Shown here piece after piece: positions 42,189-52,925 of a DNA stretch of 64,000 bases (position 1 is the stretch's first letter; each line of letters begins with the position of its first letter). Source of the DNA: Candidatus Methanomethylicia archaeon (GTDB taxonomy: Archaea; Thermoproteota; Methanomethylicia; Culexarchaeales; Culexarchaeaceae); contig JAVYVS010000002.1 in the NCBI GenBank assembly GCA_038727515.1, positions 32,001-96,000 on the forward strand. The letters are read 5' to 3'. The position numbers and the translations under genes are program-made. The notes under the pieces were generated by a model. That model ran no database searches, was not told the origin of the DNA, and worked only from the letters and a program-made list of their open reading frames with translations.

Positions 42189-43364
42189 TCATTCATTATC
42201 TTCAATGCGAATACCAATATACCCCTCTGGAATTAAACTTGTAACTAACATAACTTCATTTATATCTCTATGTTCCCTCCAAGTTGAAACTCTCCTATTT
42301 GCATCTTTAAGCCAAAATGACTCTATTTTTTCAGCTATTGGAAAATATGATTGTAAAAGCTTTATAATTGAGTGAATTTCCTCATAATAATTTCCTATAT
42401 TTCCATTTAAGAATCTCCTCATTTTCATGGAAGCTTTTAATCCTATTGATAATCCAAATTCTCTAAAAGCTAATCTCCGATTTGCTGGAAGACTAACTAA
42501 ACCTTCATGTATATAGATTTCTAAGCTAGTATATGCTGACCTCAATATCTTCATTAATAATTCTAAGTCTACTGTATATCCCAAATTTATGAGTTCAAAG
42601 AGCCTATATGCATATGATAAAAGCTCTCCTATACCAAGTGGGTCATCAGTAACCCAATAACCTTCTTCAATCATTATTTTAGCTATATCCTCTATTTCTT
42701 CACTTAAATTTGGCCAGTTAATATCTTTTGGCGATAAAGCTTGTAACTCTCTATATGTGATATATCCGTCTAAGGGGTCATGTTGACCCATTGCATTAAC
42801 TAATGGTCTTGTTAAGTCTATACTCATCTTCCAGTACATACGTCTCCTACCATCAGATGACGTATACGTAAATGCTGAATGCGCCCTTTTTGCTAGTTCT
42901 ATAGCCCATCTATTGTATTTTACATCTCCAGTAACTATGTAAACTTTATTTAATGCATGCATCCATTTAGTTAAATAATGATAATATTGTCCATCCCTTT
43001 CCCACTCTAAGTTCATATCTAGAGGTTCATCAGGTTTTCTTTCAGGAAGCTTTTTACCAATTCTCAATCCACCAATTGTAGGATGTTCTTCAGCTTCATG
43101 ATCATTAAGTCCACTTATCCATCCAATTCTACCATCATCTCCACGATGTTTACCTAAAACCTTATGAACTTGATCAACTAATTTCAACGCTATATCTAAG
43201 AAATTTTTATCTTTAGTAAACTTATATAGGGCTATGAAATTACATACGGCAAAAGCATCCGTCCATAAGTAACGCTTAGGTTTTTCAACCCCAAGAATAC
43301 CAGTTCTATTAGCAAAGTCCATCATAATCTTACAAGCAATATTTATCCTATCTTCTAAAATCAT
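42189..43364 (-). CDS. Conserved uncharacterised protein (possible alpha/alpha-barrel)
   Basis: Long ORF with conserved-looking motifs RYLWTDAFAV, GGLRIGK, DGQYYHYLTKW, YWKMSIDL and GQHDPLDG. Confidence 0.7.
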   Translation of the reverse strand: MILEDRINIACKIMMDFANRTGILGVEKPKRYLWTDAFAVCNFIALYKFTKDKNFLDIALKLVDQVHKVLGKHRGDDGRIGWISGLNDHEAEEHPTIGGLRIGKKLPERKPDEPLDMNLEWERDGQYYHYLTKWMHALNKVYIVTGDVKYNRWAIELAKRAHSAFTYTSSDGRRRMYWKMSIDLTRPLVNAMGQHDPLDGYITYRELQALSPKDINWPNLSEEIEDIAKIMIEEGYWVTDDPLGIGELLSYAYRLFELINLGYTVDLELLMKILRSAYTSLEIYIHEGLVSLPANRRLAFREFGLSIGLKASMKMRRFLNGNIGNYYEEIHSIIKLLQSYFPIAEKIESFWLKDANRRVSTWREHRDINEVMLVTSLIPEGYIGIRIEDNE

Positions 43365-43559
43365 TATCCATCGTGAATAAATGATTATAGCATACCATTA
43401 AAACTTTCTAAACCATAATAAATCAACCAAAAATTTTAGATTTAAATTATAATGGGAATTATTGAAAACGTTATTAACTGTTCTTTCATCAATTAAATAT
43501 GCGTTTAAAAGCTATAAGGGAGCTTATATATGTGAACTCTGTGAAATTAAATCTGCATA

Positions 43560-43800
43560 TTGCAATTCTAGTAGTTTATCAATTACAATTACTTTATTAC
43601 CTTTTTCCTGTATTTCCTTTTTAAGTTCTTCAATTCTTCTTTAAACCTTCAATTATATTCAACCCATTCTCTGGATCTGGAGGATAGAAATGATGTGCGG
43701 GGTTCTAGCCCATGCTGGAGGCCATGGATGCATTGGGCGCCACCCTCTATACCAATGTTAGCGTCAAGTCAAATCCTCCACCTCTACCTCATTTTATCAT
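43560..43800 (-). pseudogene. Decayed small Gly/Arg/Trp-rich protein gene (DUF5320-like)
   Basis: Interrupted minus-strand frames give GRGGGF, WYRGWRPMHPWPPAWA, PPDPEN and RIEELKKEIQ. Boundaries are approximate. Confidence 0.4.
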
Positions 43801-43808
43801 CTCATTTT

Positions 43809-43820
43809 GTGATATATCAC
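43809..43820. promoter_or_regulatory. Perfect palindrome GTGATATATCAC between two divergent decayed genes (candidate operator)
   Basis: 12-bp perfect palindrome in the ~25 bp gap between the two relic start codons. Confidence 0.35.
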
Positions 43821-43825
43821 GTAAT

Positions 43826-44059
43826 ATGAGTGGATGGTGTTGATGTAAATGATATAGGTATGAGATTATTGGTAGGAAGTCATCTCCAATAAAGTATCAA
43901 CCACCATCAATACTGATAGATTTAGAGAAGTTTTCATTTGGAGAAGCTTGAATTAGAATGAATATATCTAGGAAGACTGTTTGGCGGTTAGTAAAAAACG
44001 CTAGGGAGAAGATTATTAAAGCATTAATTGATGGTAAACCAATAATAATACAAAAATAG
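43826..44059 (+). pseudogene. DUF134 (HTH) family pseudogene
   Basis: LIDLEKFSFGEA*IRMNISRKTVWRLVKNAREKIIKALIDGKPIIIQK resembles the DUF134 C-terminus; several in-frame stops and a frameshift. Confidence 0.7.
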
Positions 44060-44082
44060 TAGGTAGGTTTGTATTATATCAT

Positions 44083-44520
44083 TTAAAAGGGTATTGAAAA
44101 TCTAGATAAGACTTTAATTATATCTTTCAAAATTCTATCTTCATATTCCTTGAAATGTCTAGCTAAATCCCGTGTACTAAACATCCCATATATTATTCCA
44201 TCTTTTACCACTGGTATTCTACGTAGATCATATTTAACCATAATTTCAACAACTTCATCTAAAGTTGCATCTGGATCTACTGTTATTAGAGGTTTACTCA
44301 TAATCTCACTAACCTTAACTTTTGACGGTTCTTTCTCTAAAGCCATAACCTTAAATACTAGATCTCTCTCACTAACTATTCCAATAGGTCTTCCTTTCTC
44401 TAAAACTATTAAATATCCAATATTTTTATCCAGCATCAATTTTGAAGCTTCTAGAGCTGTAGCTTCAACATCTATAGTAAAGAATTCTCTCCTCATATAC
44501 TCCTTTACACGATAAGACAT
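44083..44520 (-). CDS. CBS-domain protein
   Basis: Two CBS repeats (VKEYM, GIVSERD, VSEIMS, RRIPV). Confidence 0.92.
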   Translation of the reverse strand: MSYRVKEYMRREFFTIDVEATALEASKLMLDKNIGYLIVLEKGRPIGIVSERDLVFKVMALEKEPSKVKVSEIMSKPLITVDPDATLDEVVEIMVKYDLRRIPVVKDGIIYGMFSTRDLARHFKEYEDRILKDIIKVLSRFSIPF

Positions 44521-44720
44521 ATTAACACCTATTTTTTCTATTTTTAATTGCCAATTTAAATAGTTATTTTTGTTTTAATGATTTTGAATAGTATTTTTGT
44601 TATAGATTAATTTAGATAGATATATCTAGTTTCAACACCAGTATACTAATCACTAGATATAACAGTTTATATTTTGTTTTATAGAAGTGTTTAATAACTT
44701 CTATAAAGAGTTGGAGTGAT

Positions 44721-45896
44721 ATGGTTAAACGTGAATATTCTATTGTTTGGATATGGCTTTCAGTAATGCACTTCATAAATGATTTTATAACTTCACTAAT
44801 TCCAGCAATAATACTTGTTTTAAAGTATGAGTGGAATTTAAGTTATTCTAGTCAAGGCTTGTTGACGACTATACCCACATTTTTCATGGTTTTACCTCAG
44901 ATTTTTACTGGTCATTTAGCTGATAGAATTCATGTTTCAAAATTGGTATTTACATGTATGTTTATGCTTGGTTTTGGAACTATATTGATGGGTTTCTCAT
45001 ACGACTTTAATCAATTTATTATTTCAGCATGTATTATGAGTTTAGGTGCATCCTTTACCCATCCAACAATATACTCTATAACCAGTAATCAGTATACTGG
45101 TGTTGAAACTAGATTTTTGAGTTTCGTTAGTGCAGCTGGAGATTTATCTTTACCAATAGTTTTTGCTCTCACTGGATTTTTATTGAAGTTTCTTGGTTGG
45201 AGGATTATATTGTTATGTTATGGATTTATCGTTTTGATTTTAAGTGTAACACTTAAGTATTTTACTTCAACAATTGTGGTAAAATCTCTACCTAAATATG
45301 ATTTAAAATCTATATCTTCAATTTTTAAGAGGGTTTTTTATCCATTGATTACCTTAGGTATTATGGTGGCATGTTATAGGATAATACTAACTTTTACAAC
45401 AACTTTCCTAAGTTTCATCGGTTTTATTGGTGAACAAGCGAATTATGTATTTGCACTAATGCTTTTGATTGGTGCTTTTGGACCTATACTCATGGGTTTA
45501 CTATCAAAACCTGGACATGAGGGTAGAATTGTATTTCTAGGTTTAACTCTCATATCTGCATTCTCCTTTATGATTGTACTTAGTAGGAGTTATTTATCTG
45601 CTGGAATACTTTCCCTCTTCCTCTCTATGGTTATCCTTATTATTCTTGGAATATGGCCCTCAATATACTCACTTATATCTAAAAGTTCTTTTAGTGGTTT
45701 AATGGGTTTAACTTATGGTTTTTCATTAACATTTACATGGGCCTTTGGATCTACTTGGCCATTTATAGCTGGTTTAGTATCTGACGTTTTTGGAATCGAA
45801 TTTGCTTATTTGATTATAAGTTTGCTATCTATCATAGCTGGATTAATAGTTTTAAAATTTATTTTGCTGGATAAACATTTACAAACTATTAAATAA
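44721..45896 (+). CDS. MFS transporter
   Basis: About 12 hydrophobic segments; HFIND, GHLADR and GLVSDVFG. Confidence 0.85.
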   Translation: MVKREYSIVWIWLSVMHFINDFITSLIPAIILVLKYEWNLSYSSQGLLTTIPTFFMVLPQIFTGHLADRIHVSKLVFTCMFMLGFGTILMGFSYDFNQFIISACIMSLGASFTHPTIYSITSNQYTGVETRFLSFVSAAGDLSLPIVFALTGFLLKFLGWRIILLCYGFIVLILSVTLKYFTSTIVVKSLPKYDLKSISSIFKRVFYPLITLGIMVACYRIILTFTTTFLSFIGFIGEQANYVFALMLLIGAFGPILMGLLSKPGHEGRIVFLGLTLISAFSFMIVLSRSYLSAGILSLFLSMVILIILGIWPSIYSLISKSSFSGLMGLTYGFSLTFTWAFGSTWPFIAGLVSDVFGIEFAYLIISLLSIIAGLIVLKFILLDKHLQTIK

Positions 45897-45917
45897 CCTT
45901 TTGATGTTATATAATTT

Positions 45918-46736
45918 ATGGTTTTAATGAAGTCTAAACCCATTATAACTTTACTAACTGATTTTGGTTTGAGGGATTCTTATGTAGCTGAAATGAAAGC
46001 TGTTATTTTATCGATATGTCCTGAAGCTCATATTGTTGATATATCCCATGGAATTAGGAAATATGATATTCGTATGGGTGCATACATTCTTTCTAGAGCT
46101 TCTCGATATTTCCCTGAAGGTACAATTCATGTCGCTGTTGTAGATCCTGGTGTTGGTGGTATTAGACGTCCAATAATTATAGAAAGTTTTAGAGCTTTCT
46201 ATGTTGGTCCTGATAATGGTCTTTTAACACCTTCTGCGATTATGGATGGTATTAAACATGTATATTTGATTACAAATGATAAGTATATGCTTAAATGTGT
46301 TTCAAGAACTTTTCATGGTAGGGATATATTTTGTCCTGTGGCAGCGTATTTAGCTAAGGGTATTCCTCCCTCTGATTTCGGTCCTGAAATTTTTGATCCA
46401 ATAATCCCAACTTTTGTAAATCCAAAAGTTTATGGAAATATTGTTGAAGGTGAAGTCATTCATATTGATGATTTTGGAAATATTGTTACAAATATTTCTA
46501 GTGAACATTTAAGGTTAATTGGTTTATCTGAAGGTGATTTTTTGAATGTTAAATTTGGGGATAATCTTTTGAAATTGAAGTTTTGTAAAGCTTATAGTGA
46601 TGTTCCATTGGGTCAACCTCTAATTATAATTGGTAGTGGTGGTTTTATTGAATTATCTATTAATCAAGGTGATGCAGCTAAAACCTTTAATATTAATGTT
46701 GGTGATAAAATTGTTTTTCAGAGTAATGAACATTAG
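45918..46736 (+). CDS. SAM hydroxide adenosyltransferase (DUF62 / chlorinase-fluorinase family)
   Basis: LLTDFG, VVDPGVG, GPDNG, TFHGRDIF and IDDFGN. Confidence 0.93.
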   Translation: MVLMKSKPIITLLTDFGLRDSYVAEMKAVILSICPEAHIVDISHGIRKYDIRMGAYILSRASRYFPEGTIHVAVVDPGVGGIRRPIIIESFRAFYVGPDNGLLTPSAIMDGIKHVYLITNDKYMLKCVSRTFHGRDIFCPVAAYLAKGIPPSDFGPEIFDPIIPTFVNPKVYGNIVEGEVIHIDDFGNIVTNISSEHLRLIGLSEGDFLNVKFGDNLLKLKFCKAYSDVPLGQPLIIIGSGGFIELSINQGDAAKTFNINVGDKIVFQSNEH

Positions 46737-46811
46737 ATACTTCCTTACTTAAATCTATGATTTCCTTAAATTTATGGTTAAGTTTTTATTCTTAACTTAT
46801 TTAATCTTTGG

Positions 46812-47996
46812 TTGTCTTTGGTGGTTTATTTGGAGCGTAGGTTTCTGCTTATAATTTTAGCTGTTGTTGTTATGATGGTTATTAGTATATATCAGTATTC
46901 ATGGTCTCTATTTGCAGATTCTATAATTTCATGTTTGGGTTGGGATTCTGCAACTGTGGGTTTAGCTTTTACCATATTTACTTATACTGCAACCTTCATT
47001 CAACCTTTCTCTGGATTTTTGGCTGATGTTTATGGTGCTAGGAAGATAGCTATTTTAGCTTCAATAATTTGTGGTTTCGGTTTTATTTTATCATCTATAG
47101 CTGTTTCTCCAATGGTTTTATACTTTTTCTATGGTTTTGGAGGTTTAGGTGTTGGTATATTGTATGGTATTTCAACAGCTATAGCTGTTAAATGGTTCCC
47201 CGAGAAACGTGGTTTTGCTACTGGTATTGTCGTTTTTGGTTTCGGTTCTGGTGCTGCCATTTTCAATCTCTTTATTCAATGGCTTATTTCAAATTATGGT
47301 TTGAGTTTTACATTTCAATTTATTGGAGTTTTAATTCTCTTCATAACCCTCTTTGCTTCATCTTTTTATTCTTATCCTAAGTATTCCAGTGATGTTAAGC
47401 GTAGTAGTATAAATGTTAATTATAAACCTTTAGATATGGTTTTAACTTGGCAATGGCCTCTAATATACTTTTCATTTATATTTACTGTTGCTATAGTTCT
47501 AATTTTTGCTGCTCAATTAAAGATGCTTGCTAAAACCTTTAATATCTCTGGGTGGTATTTGAATATAGCTTTATTCCTATTTCCAATTGGTAATGGATTG
47601 AGTAGGATTTTTGCTGGCATCGCTTCTGATTGTATTGGGAGAATTAAGTCAATGTTTATATTCTATTTACTTCTTGGATTGTCTACTCTATCCTTAATAT
47701 ATCTTGGTGGTAATCCAAATCTATTTGTTATTTTGAGTTTTATTGTGGCTTTATTTGGAGGTTCACCCTTCGCATTTTATCCTTCTATTATAGGTGATTA
47801 TTATGGATCTCTTTATGCTACTGCTAATTATGGTTTAACTTATACTGCTAAAGCTTGGGCTGGCTTAATATCTGGCTGGCTTACTGGATACTTATATTTG
47901 ATTTTTGGTTCTTATGATCAAATACTTCTCTTTTTAGCTTTTTCATCTATTATTGCTGCTTTCCTCTCTCTTATTCTTAAACCTCCTACTAAATGA
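46812..47996 (+). CDS. OFA-family (oxalate/formate antiporter-like) MFS transporter
   Basis: QYSWSLF, KWFPEKRGFATG, NGLSR and ANYGLTYTAK. Confidence 0.85.
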   Translation: MSLVVYLERRFLLIILAVVVMMVISIYQYSWSLFADSIISCLGWDSATVGLAFTIFTYTATFIQPFSGFLADVYGARKIAILASIICGFGFILSSIAVSPMVLYFFYGFGGLGVGILYGISTAIAVKWFPEKRGFATGIVVFGFGSGAAIFNLFIQWLISNYGLSFTFQFIGVLILFITLFASSFYSYPKYSSDVKRSSINVNYKPLDMVLTWQWPLIYFSFIFTVAIVLIFAAQLKMLAKTFNISGWYLNIALFLFPIGNGLSRIFAGIASDCIGRIKSMFIFYLLLGLSTLSLIYLGGNPNLFVILSFIVALFGGSPFAFYPSIIGDYYGSLYATANYGLTYTAKAWAGLISGWLTGYLYLIFGSYDQILLFLAFSSIIAAFLSLILKPPTK

Positions 47997-48061
47997 TTAT
48001 TTGTTTCCATTGTAACTCTAATTTTATATTGGTCTTATCCCATTTATCATTTGGGAATTTT

Positions 48062-50005
48062 ATGGTTGAATATAACCCCTTTGGTTTATTTAGGTCTGAG
48101 TGTGTTAATGCTATTTCTAATGCTTTATCAGAACTTGGATATTCTAGTTTTGAATTTTCTTTGGAGTATCCACCTCCTGGTATTTCAGCTGATTTAGCTT
48201 TTCCAACATTTACACTTGCTAAATCTATTGGGATTAATCCAAATAGATTTGCACTTGATATTGCTTCTAGAATTGATAATTCAAAGTTTAATTTGATTGG
48301 TAGCATTGAAGTTTCTGGTGGTTACATAAATTTTAGGGTTAATTATCCTAAACTTGCACTTATAACTTTTAATTCTATTGAATCTCTAGATTTAATGTAT
48401 GGTTCTATTCCGGTGGATAAACCTTTAAGAATTGTTGTTGAGCATACTAGTGCAAACCCTATTCATCCTCTCCATATAGGTGCGGGTAGAAATGCCATTA
48501 TTGGAGATAGTTTAGCTAGAATTTTGAAGTTTATGGGGCATATGGTTAAAACCCATTTTTATATAGATGATGTTGGTCTTCAGGTTTCAATAGCTGCATA
48601 TGGTTATATGGGTGTTAAAGATAAGGTTAAGTGTGATTTGAAGTCTGATCATTTTATTGGTTTGATTTATGCTATTACAAACTGTCTCATTGAAATTAAA
48701 CGTATAAATACTCTCTTATCTACTTTGAAATCCTCCAATGCTAATGTTGATGAAATTTCTAAATTGAATTCTGAACTTTCAGATTGGATCTCTGTAGCCG
48801 CTGAATTGAGGGAAAGGAATCCACATCTTTTTGATGTTTTATCTGACTATATTAATTCAGATCCAGATCCTATTGCCTCAATTAATAAGCTTGATTTAGA
48901 TTATGAAATGGGGTTGAATTATGCTAAGAATATTATTCGTGAGCTTTGTACAATGGTTATTGATGGTTTTAAGAGTACTCTTTCAAATCTTAATATTGAA
49001 CATGAATTTTGGGATTGGGAGAGTGATGTTGTTTGGAGTGGTGATGTTAATAGGATTCTTGATAGCCTTAGGAGGAGTGGTTATGTTAAATTTGATGGTA
49101 ATGCTTGGATATTTGATGTGGAATCTGTTTGTAGAGATTTAGGTTTAAAGAAGATTTTAAAGATAGATGAACACCATGAGCTTCCACAACTTACATTGAG
49201 GAGGTCTGATGGTAGAACGCTTTATACAACTAGGGATATCGCTTATACGATTAAACAGTTTAAAGATGCTGATATGGTTATTCATGTTATTGGCCATGAG
49301 CAATCTTTAGCTCAAACTCAATTAAGGGTTGCTTTGGCTTGTATGGGGCTTATGAATTATGCTTTGAATTTAATGCATTATTCCTATGAATTAGTTCATC
49401 TTCCAGGTTTTAAGATGTCTAGTAGACGTGGTAGATATGTGGATCTAGATGGATTATTTAAGGAAGCTGTGGATAGATGTATTATTGAAGTTTCTAAGAG
49501 GAATCCTAATTTAAGTGAATCTGAAGTTAAAGCTATTGCTAAAATTATTGCTGCTGGAGCTATAAGGTATGCGATGCTTTCAGTCTCTCCAAATAAAAGG
49601 ATTGTTTTCGATTGGAATAAGGTTTTAGATTTTAATCAGAATAGTGGTCCCTTTATTCAGTATGCACATGCAAGAGCGTATAACATTTTGGATAAGGTGA
49701 ATTGGGATTATAGTAATTATGATGTTTATAAACTTAAAGATCCATTGGAGCATAGGCTTATAGTGGATGTTGCTAAGTTTCCAGAGGTTATTTCTGAAAC
49801 TTATTCTAGACTTAGCTTCGAATCTTTATGTGTATATTTGAATAATCTAGCTATGGATTTCAATTTATTCTATGATAATCTTCCAGTTTTAAAGTGTGAA
49901 GATGAGGGGTTGAGGAATGCTAGAGTTATGCTTGTAAAATCCGTTATGAAGACTTTAAGGAATGGTTTAAATATTCTTGGGATAGAAGCTCCAAAGAGAA
50001 TGTAA
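48062..50005 (+). CDS. argS: Arginine--tRNA ligase
   Basis: EHTSANP..PLHIG, RSDG..LYTTRDIAY, KMSSRRG and YAHARA. Likely start is ATG 48062 (ORF track gives 47993). Confidence 0.96.
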   Translation: MVEYNPFGLFRSECVNAISNALSELGYSSFEFSLEYPPPGISADLAFPTFTLAKSIGINPNRFALDIASRIDNSKFNLIGSIEVSGGYINFRVNYPKLALITFNSIESLDLMYGSIPVDKPLRIVVEHTSANPIHPLHIGAGRNAIIGDSLARILKFMGHMVKTHFYIDDVGLQVSIAAYGYMGVKDKVKCDLKSDHFIGLIYAITNCLIEIKRINTLLSTLKSSNANVDEISKLNSELSDWISVAAELRERNPHLFDVLSDYINSDPDPIASINKLDLDYEMGLNYAKNIIRELCTMVIDGFKSTLSNLNIEHEFWDWESDVVWSGDVNRILDSLRRSGYVKFDGNAWIFDVESVCRDLGLKKILKIDEHHELPQLTLRRSDGRTLYTTRDIAYTIKQFKDADMVIHVIGHEQSLAQTQLRVALACMGLMNYALNLMHYSYELVHLPGFKMSSRRGRYVDLDGLFKEAVDRCIIEVSKRNPNLSESEVKAIAKIIAAGAIRYAMLSVSPNKRIVFDWNKVLDFNQNSGPFIQYAHARAYNILDKVNWDYSNYDVYKLKDPLEHRLIVDVAKFPEVISETYSRLSFESLCVYLNNLAMDFNLFYDNLPVLKCEDEGLRNARVMLVKSVMKTLRNGLNILGIEAPKRM

Positions 50006-50055
50006 ATTTATTAGAAAAATTTATTTTTAGCATCATTAACCAAATTAATATTTGG

Positions 50056-52485
50056 TTGGTGATTCCTATTGGTGGAAAGCTTAGACCTAAGATAGTTGAA
50101 AAGCGTTGGGATAGATCTGAAGAGTCTAAGATCATCGATTCTTGGTGGAGTGAGGGTATATATAAGTTCAATTATGATGTTAATGATCCTAGACCTATAA
50201 TTGTATTTGATACACCTCCACCATATGCTTCAGGTCCTTGGAATGTTGGTAATTTAGCTCATTATATGCAGATTGATATGGTTGGAAGATACTTTAGGAT
50301 GAGGGGATTTAATGTTTTATTACCTTTCTATGCTGATAGAAATGGTCTTCCAGTGGAAGTTCAAGTGGAGCGTAAACTTGGTTTAAATATTCATGAGATT
50401 GCGTCAACCCCTATTGGTAGAGAGAAGTTCATAGAACTATGTAAGGCTGAATTGGATAATGTTGAGAAACTCCTCATTGACGGTTTGATTAAAAGTGGAT
50501 GTAGCTTTGAATATTGGCGTTCTGGAACTGATAGCCCTGAGTATAGACGTATAACTCAAGCTACATTTATTGAGTTATTTAAGAATAATTTGATTTATGA
50601 AGCTGAAAGGCCTGTTAATTGGTGTCCACGTTGTAGAACTACACTTGCAGATGCTGAATTAGAGTATAGATCTAGTTTAGCTAAGCTCTACTATATTAAG
50701 TTTGGTATTCATGAGACTGGTGGGGAAATAGTTATTGCCACCACTAGACCTGAGCTCTTGGGAGCATGCGCCATAGTCATATATAATCCAAATGATGATA
50801 GATATAAGCATTTAAAGGGGTTGCATGCTATTGTACCAATATATGATAGAGTAGTTCCAATTGTGGAGAGACCTGAAGCTAAACCAGATTTTGGAACTGG
50901 GTTAGCAATGATATGTAGTTATGGTGATAGTGTTGATGTAAAGATCTTTAGAGATATGAATCTTGAACCTAGAGTATTAATTGATAGAGATGGAAGAATG
51001 AATGATTATTCAGGCTTTCTTAGAGGGTTAAGTATTACTGAAGCTAGAGATAGTATAGTTAATGAACTTAAATCTAGAAATCTAATCGTTAAAATTGAAA
51101 ATATTGAACATGAACATCCAGTTTGCTGGAGGTGTAAGACTTCAATTGAATTTATACATTCCAAAGAGTACTTTTTGAAACAAGTGGAATTTAAAGAAGA
51201 TTTAAAGAAGATTATTGATCTTATGATATTTTATCCTGAAGAACATAAGAAGAGACTTATTGATTGGATTACATCTGTATCTACTGATTGGCCTATTAGT
51301 AAAGATAGATATTATGCCACTGAAGTTCCAGTTTGGAAATGTAAAGTTTGCAATAATATTCTACTTCCAGAGCCTGGTAGATATTATAGGCCTTGGATTG
51401 ATAAACCACCTTTCAATTTATGTCCAATTTGTGGTGCAAGTATTGATAATATTTATGGAGAAGTTAAAGTTCTTGATACATGGTTTGATTCATCAATAAG
51501 TGTACTATATGTTTCAATGTATGGTGATAAATTATTCGATAAGTTATTTAATAATACCGTTAGACCACAGGGATATGATATTATTAGAACTTGGCTTTAT
51601 TATTCAATTCTAAGAGTTTATCAATTATTGAAAAAACCTGCATTCAAGTATGTTAGGATTAGCGGTATGGGCTTAGATGAAAAGGGTGAAGCTATGCATA
51701 AATCTAAGGGTAACGTTATAGATCCAAAACCATATATAGATAAGTATGGTGTAGATGCATTTAGATTTTGGGCGGCAGCTGCTTCTAAACTTGGTAGTGA
51801 TTATAGATTTTCAGAACAGTTAATAAAGACTGGAGCTTTATTTGTAACTAAGCTTTGGAATTTAGCTAGATTTATATCTTCATTTCCATTTCCAGAAATT
51901 AGTGATGTAGAATTTAGACCATTAGATCTAGCAATGATATCAGCATTAAATAAACTTATTGAAAAATGTATTTCAGCATATGATTCCATGGATGTTTATA
52001 CACCTGCAAATGAAATATACAATTTCGCTTGGAATGTATTTGCGTCACATTATCTAGAAGCGGTTAAATCTAGAGTATATAATGAACATGGTAAATATAG
52101 GGAATCTCAACAGAAAGCTTCATGGTATACTCTCCATACAGTATTTTCAAATATACTTAAATTGTTAGCACCAATAATGCCAATAATAACGGATTCCATA
52201 TGGAGAATGCTATACTCTAATAGGAGCATACATTTAGAGAGAATAATGGATCCGGATCCAAGATGGAATTATCCTACAAAGTCGCTTGAATTATTAATTT
52301 CAGCCAATAGCAAAATATGGAGTTATAAGAGGAGTATGGGATTACGTTTAAATGATCCATTGAAGGTTGAAGTTAAATTTGCAATTGAATACAGCGATAT
52401 TATTGATGAATTAGTAGATTTACATTTATTGATGAACTATAAAATCATTGAATCAACTGGTGAACGCATAGAGTTTCAATCATAA
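50056..52485 (+). CDS. valS: Valine--tRNA ligase
   Basis: DTPPPY, DRNGLP, ATTRPEL, FGTG, LDTWFDSS, RPQGYDIIRTW, MHKSKGN and KLWN. Confidence 0.94.
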   Translation: MVIPIGGKLRPKIVEKRWDRSEESKIIDSWWSEGIYKFNYDVNDPRPIIVFDTPPPYASGPWNVGNLAHYMQIDMVGRYFRMRGFNVLLPFYADRNGLPVEVQVERKLGLNIHEIASTPIGREKFIELCKAELDNVEKLLIDGLIKSGCSFEYWRSGTDSPEYRRITQATFIELFKNNLIYEAERPVNWCPRCRTTLADAELEYRSSLAKLYYIKFGIHETGGEIVIATTRPELLGACAIVIYNPNDDRYKHLKGLHAIVPIYDRVVPIVERPEAKPDFGTGLAMICSYGDSVDVKIFRDMNLEPRVLIDRDGRMNDYSGFLRGLSITEARDSIVNELKSRNLIVKIENIEHEHPVCWRCKTSIEFIHSKEYFLKQVEFKEDLKKIIDLMIFYPEEHKKRLIDWITSVSTDWPISKDRYYATEVPVWKCKVCNNILLPEPGRYYRPWIDKPPFNLCPICGASIDNIYGEVKVLDTWFDSSISVLYVSMYGDKLFDKLFNNTVRPQGYDIIRTWLYYSILRVYQLLKKPAFKYVRISGMGLDEKGEAMHKSKGNVIDPKPYIDKYGVDAFRFWAAAASKLGSDYRFSEQLIKTGALFVTKLWNLARFISSFPFPEISDVEFRPLDLAMISALNKLIEKCISAYDSMDVYTPANEIYNFAWNVFASHYLEAVKSRVYNEHGKYRESQQKASWYTLHTVFSNILKLLAPIMPIITDSIWRMLYSNRSIHLERIMDPDPRWNYPTKSLELLISANSKIWSYKRSMGLRLNDPLKVEVKFAIEYSDIIDELVDLHLLMNYKIIESTGERIEFQS

Positions 52486-52487
52486 TA

Positions 52488-52925
52488 TCATATAGCAATT
52501 TCTTCAATCAACTTTTTACATAACATGTGTATGTGCTTAGCTCTATTTAGTGAATCTTCAGCATCCCCTCTTCCTATAACATCATTTGGAGATAATAGTG
52601 CTTCTTCCCCACCATAGAAGCTTATCTCCCTTTTCCCCACCAAAATTTTTGATGATTGAGATATAAAATTCAATTCTTTCTTAAACCATTCTGGGAATCT
52701 ATCTTTTACATCAATTAGAACATCAGATACATCATGAATTTTCGGGTATTCTATTCCCACAGCCTTTAATACTGCTTTTAAAGATAGTTCCACACATTCT
52801 TGACTCAACCTTACTGTGTATGGATAATTCTCTTCAATTAATGCATCTTCTGCATCTTTCAATCTAGCTTCTGCCTGTCTCAAATATGATTTTGCTATTT
52901 TAATCAATTTCAATTTTCTCACCAA
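52488..52925 (-). CDS. HEPN-domain protein (toxin of an MNT-HEPN pair)
   Basis: SQECVELSLKAVL...YPKIHDV and R-x4-Y motif REISFY. Confidence 0.88.
   Translation of the reverse strand: MVRKLKLIKIAKSYLRQAEARLKDAEDALIEENYPYTVRLSQECVELSLKAVLKAVGIEYPKIHDVSDVLIDVKDRFPEWFKKELNFISQSSKILVGKREISFYGGEEALLSPNDVIGRGDAEDSLNRAKHIHMLCKKLIEEIAI

Noticed and set aside
43690-43750. GC-rich patch suggesting a structured ncRNA
   Set aside because: It is explained by Trp/Pro/Gly/Arg codons of the decayed minus-strand gene.
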